This document shows, in pieces, positions 48,518-57,065 of a stretch of 64,000 bases of DNA (its first letter is position 1; each line of letters starts with the position of its first letter). The position numbers and the translations under genes were made by a program. The DNA is from an uncultured delta proteobacterium (GTDB lineage Bacteria > Myxococcota_A > Polyangia > Fen-1088), in assembly GCA_963796685.1 (NCBI GenBank), contig CAWCMR010000022.1:1-64000 (forward strand). Direction: 5' to 3'. The notes under the pieces are model-generated. The model was not told the DNA's origin. It made no database searches and was given only the letters and a program-made list of their open reading frames with translations.

Positions 48518-48867
48518 GGCGCATTCCCGATGGCGCCCTCGCTCGTCTCGCTTGCACGCGCGTCTACCGTGGTCATGGCGTCGAGCACCGCCGACGCCTC
48601 GGGTGTGGTCGACGCATCGGATGGCGAGGGCGCATCCGGCGTACTGGAAGCGTCCCGCGAAACACACACGCCGCTCGCCCCGCAGATTTGCGGCGCCGGG
48701 CAGTCGAGGCTCTGGTAGCAACGCCCTTTCACGCAGCCGACCGAAAGGCACAGGGCCATCGCCGACAGCCAGGGACGCACACGGTGCGGGTTGTATAGCT
48801 CGGGCGCTGCCGAGCTCCAGAGCGCGGTCACCCGTTTCCGCCGTTCCGTGGGAGCACGCGTGTTCAT
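48514..48867 (-). CDS. Short Cys-rich lipoprotein
   Basis: GGAGA RBS, lipobox SVGC, C....DC....C....C module, then xDA-repeat linker. Confidence 0.6.
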   Translation of the reverse strand: MNTRAPTERRKRVTALWSSAAPELYNPHRVRPWLSAMALCLSVGCVKGRCYQSLDCPAPQICGASGVCVSRDASSTPDAPSPSDASTTPEASAVLDAMTTVDARASETSEGAIGNAP

Positions 48868-48986
48868 CGTCAATTCTCCCTCGCAAGCAATAGTGAACAT
48901 TGGTGCACTACCGGTCAAGTGGAGACTCGGGCTGGGTCCGGTGCCGGGATGAGCGGACCCGTGCTGGTGCGACCAGCGGTGCCGGA

Positions 48987-50462
48987 TCAGTGTCCGTAGC
49001 CCGCGGCGACGATGTTGGCCTGGACGGCTTCGTCGGTCGCGGTCGATGAGGCACCGGAGGTCATGCACCCTTCGAAGAAGTTGCCCTGCGCGCTGTTGCT
49101 GTTGTCGCCGCCGATCCCCAGGATGATGGCCCCCTCCTTCTTCATGGGATTGTAGCCGGTGGTGGCGGGGCGCGAACCATCGTACAAGGTCGTCAGCGCA
49201 CCCGACTGCGAATTGCCGCTCTTGATTGCAAAGCTCCCGGATCTGCCCGTCACCATGGCCGTAACATAGGTGGAGGTCTGAGGCGTGTTGGTGGAGGTGG
49301 GCCCGAAGTCCTTGCCAGCAAAAAGACCGTTCTCGAGGTCCGCCATCACCCAGGGGCCCGTACCCGTGCCCTTGCCCCACCCCGTGCAGTTGCCGAAGTA
49401 GATGGCTTCCATGGTGCCGTTGCCGTTGTCCAGGTTGTTGGTCTCCGCGTTGCCGTAGTCGAAGCAGCACTGGTTGTTGTAGTAGTTGCCGCTGGTCACC
49501 ATGTACATGGACTCCGGCTCGTCCTTGACCGCGATGCCCGACGTCTTGTCGTTGCGATAGCCGACGCCGGCAGGAATGTGGACCCCGTACACCGTGTGGC
49601 CGCCCACGGTCAACTTGAGAGCGGTCGCGCTCGCTTCGTTATCGGGTGTGTTCTTGGCCCCGCCCGCGGGCGCCTTGGTGAGGTGGTTGCCCTTCCCGGA
49701 CTGGTCATAGATGATGGAGATGGTGCACGTCGTGCCGGAACAGAACGCGTCCTGCGCGGCCGAGTCGGCGAAACCTCCGGGGCCTAGGACTGCGATGTCC
49801 TTGGTGGTGCCGTCCGCCTTCTTGACCTGGTACAGGTTTCCGCTGTACGCGGCGGCAAGGGCCCTGATCGTACTGTGGGCTGCGACACACGGGGTGTTGC
49901 CGGCCGCGTAGATATCGCAAGGCCCGGTGACGGCGGTTGTCGAGCCGTCCGAACCGGCGTTTCCTCCCGAACCGCCCTGGCCACCCGTGGCGTCTGAGCC
50001 TCCGGTGGGCGCGTCCCGGACCGCGGCATCGGGTCTGGCGTCGCCGGGCGTCGCAGCATCCACGCGACTGCTGCCTCCGGAGCCGGCGTTTCCTCCCGAG
50101 CCGCCGCGGCCGGCAGAGCCACCGCCCGAGCCGATGCTGGTGCTGCCCCCGCCGCCGACGGTTCCGGCCGTGCCACCAGCGCCAGCACCGCCGCGCCCGG
50201 TAACCGCGCCACCAGTTTCCGTTGCCGAGCCTCCGCTCGAGGAAACCGCTCCGCCCGATGCCGTGGCACCAGCGCCGCCGGCCATTCCTCCCTGGGCTCC
50301 GGTGGAGCTTCCACCCTGCGAAGGCCCGACTCCACCCCCGCCGCCGGTTCCGCCCGAAGCCCCTCCGCGGCCCGACTCGATCGAGGGCGCCGGCGTGCTC
50401 GAGCAGGACGCGATCGCGGCCGCAAGACTCAGGACGAGGGCCACCAGAGAGGGATTCTTCAT
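48987..50462 (-). CDS. abfB: GH54 alpha-L-arabinofuranosidase B catalytic domain on a Gly-rich lipoprotein tether
   Basis: AAGGAG RBS, lipobox IASC, ~160-aa G/S/A linker, GPCDIY..PCVAAHS, CCFDYGNAE, GTMEAIYFG, WVMADLENG, GIGGDNS, FFEG. Confidence 0.9.
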   Translation of the reverse strand: MKNPSLVALVLSLAAAIASCSSTPAPSIESGRGGASGGTGGGGGVGPSQGGSSTGAQGGMAGGAGATASGGAVSSSGGSATETGGAVTGRGGAGAGGTAGTVGGGGSTSIGSGGGSAGRGGSGGNAGSGGSSRVDAATPGDARPDAAVRDAPTGGSDATGGQGGSGGNAGSDGSTTAVTGPCDIYAAGNTPCVAAHSTIRALAAAYSGNLYQVKKADGTTKDIAVLGPGGFADSAAQDAFCSGTTCTISIIYDQSGKGNHLTKAPAGGAKNTPDNEASATALKLTVGGHTVYGVHIPAGVGYRNDKTSGIAVKDEPESMYMVTSGNYYNNQCCFDYGNAETNNLDNGNGTMEAIYFGNCTGWGKGTGTGPWVMADLENGLFAGKDFGPTSTNTPQTSTYVTAMVTGRSGSFAIKSGNSQSGALTTLYDGSRPATTGYNPMKKEGAIILGIGGDNSNSAQGNFFEGCMTSGASSTATDEAVQANIVAAGYGH

Positions 50463-50572
50463 GCGCGTGTCTCCTTTTTGTCAGCCGGCTCGAATGAGGT
50501 GTCTTCCAAAGGGTAGTGGCGCCAGAATCGCATCTGGCTCGAAGATGGTGCAAGACAATCCACCCCTCGGGG

Positions 50573-50797
50573 CTACTCCGGCTTGAGCTCGCGATTCGGG
50601 TACAGGCTCTTGAAGAGCTGGACCAGCTTGCTGTGCCTGACCGGGTTGGTCTTGGGCAGCAAGGAGTTGCAGCCGGCGCAGAGATAGATCAGCTCCACCC
50701 CGGGCGTGCCGTTCACGAGCGTGTACGAGAAGCGGATGATGGTCGGCTTCTCGTCGCTTTCGGTGCCGCACACCTCGCAGCGGAAGGTATTCGACAT
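50573..50797 (-). CDS. Small putative zinc-ribbon protein (74 aa)
   Basis: CEVCG and LCAGCN pairs; fills the gap between co-oriented genes. Confidence 0.65.
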   Translation of the reverse strand: MSNTFRCEVCGTESDEKPTIIRFSYTLVNGTPGVELIYLCAGCNSLLPKTNPVRHSKLVQLFKSLYPNRELKPE

Positions 50798-50830
50798 GCG
50801 CGCCTGCCCAGTCGCCTGACCGGCGACGTG

Positions 50831-52054
50831 CTACGGGCCGGCGAATTGATAGAGCGCTTGGATTTCGGTGGCGCTCAAGGCACGGCCGTAGATGCGGAGC
50901 TCGTCGATCCGTCCGTCGAAATAGGGATCTGCAGTGAATTGCGACTTGCCCAGATAGGCGTAGTCGATCGTGCCCAGGTCCGAGGGCCGAAGCGCAATCG
51001 CGCTGGGTCCGGCGACAAGGGCGCCGTCCACATAGAGGCTGCCCTGTCCGGAGGCCAACACCACCGCCACGTGCTTCCAGGTGCCGGTCGCGAGGACGGC
51101 AGTGGTGAGCTTCTGCTCGCTACCGTACCCGTTATTGCTGATGGCGAAGGCGAGATTCGCAGGCGTGACGTCGTTCTGCGGTACGAGGTTCAGGTAGTGT
51201 GTCCCGGTCGCCGTGTTGCTCGACAGCTTGGCGTTGACGCCCACGTCGAAGATGCGCGCCCAGTTCTGGGAGGTGGTGACATTGACCCAGGTTGCGATGG
51301 TGATGTCCGTGACGTTGGCAAACATGGCTGGCGGCAGGGTAACGTAGGCTGAGCTCGCCTTGGCGAGAGTCAGCGCGTTTCCCACCTTGCCCGCCGCAAA
51401 GGCGTAGCCGGCGGCGCCCAGCGTCCCGTTGTTGTTCTTACCGGAGGAGTCCGGCAGGGTCGTGCCGGTGGCACTTTCGCATTTGTAGTAGGCGAGAAGG
51501 CCCACGAGCAACGGGTTCGCATCCGGTGGAGTGTCTGGCCCCGTGTCCGGTCCCACGTCTGGCCCCGTGTCTGGCCCTACGTCTGGCCCTACGTCTGGGC
51601 CTGTGTCGAGCCCCGTGTCTGGCCCCGCATCAGACCCGCTGTCCGTCTTGACGTCTTGGTGAGCCGTGTCCGGCCCCAGGTCCAACCCGGAATCGGCAGG
51701 CGGTCCGTCGGACGAATCGCCGGCTTCCTTGCCGTCTGCTCGACCGTCCTCCTTCTGGTCGGGGCCTTGGTCCGCTTTGTCGGCGGGCGCATCAGGCGTG
51801 GGTCCATCCGGTGCCGAGTCTTTCTCAACCGGCGTCGCGTCTCCGGACGGCAAGTCCGGGCCCGGCTGTATCGAGTCGTCGTTGGCGTCGGGCTGGTTGG
51901 GGTTGTCGGAGCAGTTGCCCGCCGTCGCGCACGCCTGGACTTTTTCGGGCTTGTTGAGGTTCACACACCCCGCGGCCAAGGCAGTCGCGAGGAGAAAGAC
52001 CAACTTTGCGAGTGGGACACGTGGCTTCGTCGAATCACGGTCTGACAATTTCAT
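50831..52054 (-). CDS. Lipoprotein with Pro/Asp linker and LamG-like jellyroll domain
   Basis: Lipobox AAGC, GLLAYY..E..G..L.DSSG..N.GT, TIATWV, WKHVAV, LYVDG, GRIDELRIYGRALS..EI. Confidence 0.85.
   Translation of the reverse strand: MKLSDRDSTKPRVPLAKLVFLLATALAAGCVNLNKPEKVQACATAGNCSDNPNQPDANDDSIQPGPDLPSGDATPVEKDSAPDGPTPDAPADKADQGPDQKEDGRADGKEAGDSSDGPPADSGLDLGPDTAHQDVKTDSGSDAGPDTGLDTGPDVGPDVGPDTGPDVGPDTGPDTPPDANPLLVGLLAYYKCESATGTTLPDSSGKNNNGTLGAAGYAFAAGKVGNALTLAKASSAYVTLPPAMFANVTDITIATWVNVTTSQNWARIFDVGVNAKLSSNTATGTHYLNLVPQNDVTPANLAFAISNNGYGSEQKLTTAVLATGTWKHVAVVLASGQGSLYVDGALVAGPSAIALRPSDLGTIDYAYLGKSQFTADPYFDGRIDELRIYGRALSATEIQALYQFAGP
51531..51628 (-). repeat. 12-bp tandem repeat encoding (GPD[T/V])n linker
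   Basis: About 8 imperfect units of CGTGTCTGGCCC / ACGTCTGGCCCT within the LamG gene. Confidence 0.8.
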
Positions 52055-52244
52055 AGGTTCTATCTTCTCCGACAATATGCCCTTGCGAAGTCCTGCCGGT
52101 GACCTTTCGCTCACGTGCCGTTCACACACGTGGTTGCGGTCACAACCCGTCTCGGATTACCAATAGGTCTATTTGTGGACGATATTGGCACGAGAAGTCG
52201 GAGCGGTCCATCGGGAGGATCCCCGGCATTTACGGGACGCGGCA

Positions 52245-53664
52245 TCACCGGTGCGGACGCTCTTCCCTGCCGATTGTGAAGGCCACCCAGCCATCGGGGC
52301 GATTCTGCGCGATGACGGACAACCGAAGCGCGCCGCACACAGCGCGCGTCAGGGCGAGCCCGAGACCGCAGTGCTCGCCGGTCCCGGAGCGAGCCGAATC
52401 CAAGCGGAAGAACCGAGCGAAGATCCGCTCCAAGCCGTCTTCGGGAATGGCGGGACCGCTGTCGCAGACCGCGAGCACATCCTCGGGCGATGCGACGCCT
52501 TCCACGATCACGCGACCGTTCTCGGCCGTGTATTCCACCGCGTTGGCCAAGAGATTGGTGAGCACGATGCGAAGCTTGTCGCGATCCGAGACGACCAACG
52601 CGCCGGCGGGCACCAGGTTCTCGAAGCGCAGGTTTCGCAGGCGCGCCTTCGCGGCAAACGGAGCAAAGGACTCGTCCACGAGCTCGCGAACCGCGATCTC
52701 CTCGTTCGCGATGCGCACCTGCTCTGCCTCGATACGGGCCAACATCAACAAGCTCTCGACCAGGCCGTTCATCTGCTCGACGACGTGCAGGGCGTCTTGC
52801 AGGGTTGCTTGGTACTCGGCCGCGGGCCTTTCGCGCGACCCGGTCACTTCCAGCATGCTGCGCAGGCCTGCAATAGGCGTGCGCAACTCGTGGCTCACAT
52901 CCGCGCTGAACTGGCGCTCGAAGGCAAATGCCCGTTCAAGGCGAGAGAGCAGCTCGTTCAGCTTGACCACCGCAGGGCGCAGCTCGCGCGGAAGATCCTC
53001 CACCGGCAGACGCTCGCCGAGGCGCTGCGCATCCATCGTCTCAATCCGCGCGGCCAACCGCGCGACGGGTGCCAGGCCATGTCGAATGGCGAACGTGCCG
53101 GCCAACGCAGCCAGGACCAAGGCGCTGAGCCCCGAAACCCAGAGTACCAAGCGCAGGGTCGCCAAGGTCGCGTCCACCTCGTCGGTGGCCCGCGCCACCG
53201 CGACCGTCAGGCGTCTGCCGGAGGGGCGAGGCGGCCCTTCCTCATCGCTTCGCGGCGGGAGGGAAGCCAGCAAGAGGCGCCCCTTGCGGCCATCCGGCAG
53301 CCTGGTGTCGTCGGTGATCGTACCCGCGAGCGATGAAGGTCGTCGTAGGTCGCTTCGACCGAGCGATGGCGAACGGGCGAGCACCGTGCCGTCGTCCATC
53401 CACACCTCGTAGTAGACCACGCCGTACTTGCGTTCGAAGTCTTCGAGCGCGCCAGGCTCGAACTCCCATGGTCCGCCCGCCCGCTCTTCGACCATGTTGG
53501 CAACCGCGCGCGCGTCCTGCGCCAGCCGCTCGTCGAACTGTCGCCACAGCGCCCGGCTGAAGGTGGCGTGCAGAACCAACGAGAAGTGCGCACAGCGACA
53601 GGCCGAGCACGCCCGCGACCGCGGCGGCGAGACGCAGCCCCAGCGAAGGCGCGGCCTTCGTCAC
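52245..53664 (-). CDS. Sensor histidine kinase (CusS/CzcS-like; frameshift at ~53588)
   Basis: TM-periplasm-TM-HAMP, H-box DVSHELRTP, NLLANA, DSGP, FFRLD, GLGL; N-terminus in ORF 53242..53664. Confidence 0.88.
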
Positions 53665-54335
53665 TCGCCTTCTCCGAGCACATACCCCTGTCCGCGCCGG
53701 GTGTGGATGAGCCTTTGGCCGTGGTCTTGCTCTATCTTCTTGCGCAGGTACCCGATGTACACATCGACGACGTTGCTCGAGGGCTCTGAAGCGAAGTCGT
53801 AGACGTGATCCCAGATCTCCGACCGACTGACCACCTGGCCGCGCCGAGCGGCGAGGTACTCGAGGAGCGCATACTCACGCGCCGACAGGACGATCGCCGT
53901 TCCCCCGCGGCGGACGGTGCGGGCCGATGTATCGATCTCGAGGTCCCCGACGTGAATCGTGTTGGCCGGCGACTGATAGCGCCGACGGATGATGGCCCGA
54001 ACACGCGCAAGCAGCTCGGCGAAGGCAAAGGGCTTGACCAGATAGTCGTCGGCGCCGAGATCGAGCCCCTTCACGCGGTCGTCGATCGTATCCCGTGCGG
54101 TCAGGATCAACACCGGGGTGGCCTGGCCGCGGCCGCGCAGCCGACCGAGAACCGCCAGCCCGTCCAGCTTCGGGAGCATCAGATCGAGAATCACGGCGTC
54201 GTAGCTCGTCGCCTCGGCGCAATCGAGGCCCGCCTCGCCATCGCTGGCGGTGTCGACCGCATAGCCCGCCTCGCGCAAACCTTGGCTCACCGAGCGGAGC
54301 AGGGGAAGGTAGTCCTCGATCAGCAGGAGGCGCAT
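53661..54335 (-). CDS. OmpR-family response regulator
   Basis: LLIED, LDLMLP, LTARD, GADDYLVKPF, SNVVDVYIGYLRKK, IHTRRGQGY. Confidence 0.93.
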   Translation of the reverse strand: MRLLLIEDYLPLLRSVSQGLREAGYAVDTASDGEAGLDCAEATSYDAVILDLMLPKLDGLAVLGRLRGRGQATPVLILTARDTIDDRVKGLDLGADDYLVKPFAFAELLARVRAIIRRRYQSPANTIHVGDLEIDTSARTVRRGGTAIVLSAREYALLEYLAARRGQVVSRSEIWDHVYDFASEPSSNVVDVYIGYLRKKIEQDHGQRLIHTRRGQGYVLGEGE

Positions 54336-54471
54336 CGCCCTAGGGTATTCCGGTTGGCGACTCGCCGCCATCGGCACCATGTTCCGTAATCCCGCGACAA
54401 GCTCAGGGACATCGCGAGGCGCCGGGCTAAAGGCCCCATTCTAAGCCTCTCGTCTGGCGGGGCGACGAAAG

Positions 54472-54619
54472 GTGGTCGTGGCCGCAGACGTCACCGTGGT
54501 CGTGGCCGTGGCCGGACATTTTGGACGCTCGGGCCATTGGGAATCAGCCAGCGGTCGGGGAAAAGTTGCTCGGTCACACGGCCACGACCACGACCACGAC
54601 CACGGCCACGAGCACGACC
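54472..54619. repeat. Inverted arrays of CACG(A/G)C hexamers
   Basis: CGTGGTCGTGGCCGTG (54495-54510) is the exact reverse complement of 54577-54592; the right arm has 7 tandem hexamers. Confidence 0.8.
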
Positions 54620-54761
54620 TTCGGCGGCTATCGCGGGATTAGGGGGCACCACGTTTGTGCGCGAGGGTGAGAAGAGCATGAGAGCCGGTCTCATCGTGCT
54701 CTCACGTTGCGATGGCATCCATAGGAGGCACGCGCGCAAGGTGCCCAAGGAAAGACTCGAG

Positions 54762-55999
54762 ATGAGCAGGCTCCGGTTCGCCACCACGTCGATTTTGGCG
54801 GCGCTCCTCGCGCCCCAAGTCGCGTGGGCTGGCGCGGTGTCGTTCGCCGAGGCGCGCGCCGCTGCGCAGCGGGTTGCGCCGGAGCTCCAGCTCGCAGAGC
54901 GTCGCGTGGATGTCTCCACCGCGGAGGTGCAGGTCGCGGGAGCCCTGGCCAATCCCACCTTGACCGTGTCGACAGCACGCGAGACCGCGCACCTTGCAAC
55001 CGCGGTTGGCGTGCCGTTACCGCTGTTCGGTCAGCGCGCCCTGTCCATCAAGGCCGCACGCGCGGACGCCGACGCTGTCAGTTTGGACGTCGAGGTCAAG
55101 CGTCGCGAGGCGAGATGGGGGGCAACGGTGGCCTGGGTCGACCTGTGGGAGGCCCAGGAGCGTGCCAAGCTGCTCGATTCTTGCTGCCAAAGACGCCGAG
55201 CGCCTCGTCCAAATCGCGACCGAACGCTTCGACGCCGGCACGGGACCTCGTCTCGACGTGATCCGAACCGGGGCCGATCGGGCCCGCGCCACGTCGGAGG
55301 CCGAGGCGGCCCGCCTGCTGGTGTCGGCGGCCGGCGCACGTCTGGGGCCATGGATTGGCGCACCCGCGGACGACGAGCTTACGGCCTCGGGAAAGCCCGG
55401 CTATTCCGAGGACATGCCCTTCTCCATCGCCAAGCTCGAGGAGCGGCTCTCGGACCATCCCACCCTGCATCGGGACCGGGCCGAGGTGATGGCGGCCACG
55501 ACGCACATCCAAAGCGAGGAACGCCTGCGTTGGCCCACGGTCACCCCCGAGGTCGCCGTAAACCAGTTCGATCCGACGTTGCCCGGACCAGACTTCATCC
55601 TCGGCCTGTCGTTCGACCTCCCGGTGCTCAACCTTCGGGCCGGGGCCACCGCGCGCGCACGGGCGCAACGTGCCCTGGCCGAAACGGCCAGCGACGCCGA
55701 CCGGCGGCGGCTGCTTGCCGAGATGCTCGATGCCTACCGGCGCACGCAAGGCGCGAGCCTGAGGCTGCGCGCTCTTCGCGAGCAGGTCCTGCCGTCGATG
55801 CAGGAGGCGAGAGACATGACCGAGGAGGGCTATCGCGCGGGAAGGGTGGATTCTCATTCGTCTCCTCGAGGCCCAGCGAGCCCTCCTCGATAGCCGCCTG
55901 GCGGAGGTGGAGGCAGCCGCATTCTGGAGCCGCGCGGTGGCCGATTTGGAGAGCGCGGCAGGCGCGGATTTCCAGGGGGGCGACTCGCATGCGCCGTAA
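54762..55999 (+). CDS. TolC/CzcC-family outer-membrane efflux protein (frameshifts at ~55178 and ~55851)
   Basis: Signal peptide, ALANPTL, ERFDAG..RLDV, LS.DLPV.N, EGYRAG.VDL..LLEAQR reconstructed over three frames. Confidence 0.85.
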
Positions 56000-57065
56000 C
56001 CTCGTGGTCCTCTGTTTGGCCGTCGTGGCATGCAAACGAGGCGCGGAGGTCGAGCCCGCGGCCGGGCCCAAGAGGGTGGAGTGCGCGCGGGTGCAGAGCG
56101 CGCTGGTCAAGGACGCGATCGAGGTCCGCGGCACGGTTGCGCCGCTGCCCGACCGCGACGCGCTGGTCGCTGCCCAGGTTGTCGGGCGCGTTCTGCACAT
56201 CGAGGTGCGGGAAGGGGATCAGGTTGCGGCCGGACAGGTCGTGGCGCGTATCGATGATGCGCCACTGGTGGACAGCGCGCACCAGGCCGAGGCCGCGCTG
56301 GCGCGTGCCCGGGCGGAGTACCAGAACGCGCAGACCACCCTGGCCCGGGTCCAGCGCGTGTTCGAGCACGGGATCGCCGCGCGCCAGGAAGTCGACGACG
56401 CGGCGGCGAAGGAGGCGTCCGCCAAGGCCGCACGAGCCGAGGCGGAGGCGGCCGCACGCCAGGCCCATCGCCAGATCGAGCGGGCAAGCGTACGCAGCCC
56501 GCTTGCGGGCGTGGTGCTGAAGGTCTTGCGCAAGACGGGCGAGCTCGTCGATGGCACGCCGGCCACGCCCATCGCCGAGATTGCCGATACCTCGGAGCTG
56601 GAGCTGGTGGCGGATGTGCCCGCCCAGGATCTCGTGCGTCTCCGTCGCGGGGCGCTGGCGACGTTGAAGCTGTCCGCCATGCCCGACCGCGAATTCAAGG
56701 CCTCGGTTTCGCGGGTCGCGCCGTCGGTGGATCGCGCGACCGGCTTGGGCACGATCCGCATCGCCATCACGCAGTCGGGGACCGTCGGGCCGCCTGTCGG
56801 TTCGTTCGGCGTCGCGCGCGTCGAGAGCGGCGAGCAACATCAAGCCACGCTGGTGCCGCAAGCCGCGGTTCGAACCGTCGTCGGAGCCGAGGGCGAGGTC
56901 GTGTTGTGCGGCGCCGACCACGTCGCGCACGTGCGCAAGGTCAGCCCCGGCCAGGCTTACGATAGCCTGGTCGAGGTTCGTGGCGAGCTCGGTGCCGGCG
57001 ATCGGGTGGCGGTCAAGCCGGTGCTCGGGCTGGCCGAGGGAGACGCGCTCGAGGCCGTCCCGTGA
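55989..57065 (+). CDS. RND periplasmic adaptor (MFP) lipoprotein
   Basis: Lipobox VVAC, V.GRV..IEVREGDQV.AGQ, hairpin, VRSPLAGVV, LVPQAAV. Confidence 0.9.
   Translation: MRRNLVVLCLAVVACKRGAEVEPAAGPKRVECARVQSALVKDAIEVRGTVAPLPDRDALVAAQVVGRVLHIEVREGDQVAAGQVVARIDDAPLVDSAHQAEAALARARAEYQNAQTTLARVQRVFEHGIAARQEVDDAAAKEASAKAARAEAEAAARQAHRQIERASVRSPLAGVVLKVLRKTGELVDGTPATPIAEIADTSELELVADVPAQDLVRLRRGALATLKLSAMPDREFKASVSRVAPSVDRATGLGTIRIAITQSGTVGPPVGSFGVARVESGEQHQATLVPQAAVRTVVGAEGEVVLCGADHVAHVRKVSPGQAYDSLVEVRGELGAGDRVAVKPVLGLAEGDALEAVP

Noticed and set aside
51531-51628. Short repeats as a CRISPR array (also the ACP repeats and 54472-54619)
   Set aside because: No constant repeat with unique spacers and no cas genes; these are coding or microsatellite repeats.
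54537-57065. Apparent 842-aa TolC-MFP fusion
   Set aside because: Artefact of two frameshifts; TolC ends at TAA 55999 and the MFP has its own ATG (55989) and lipobox.
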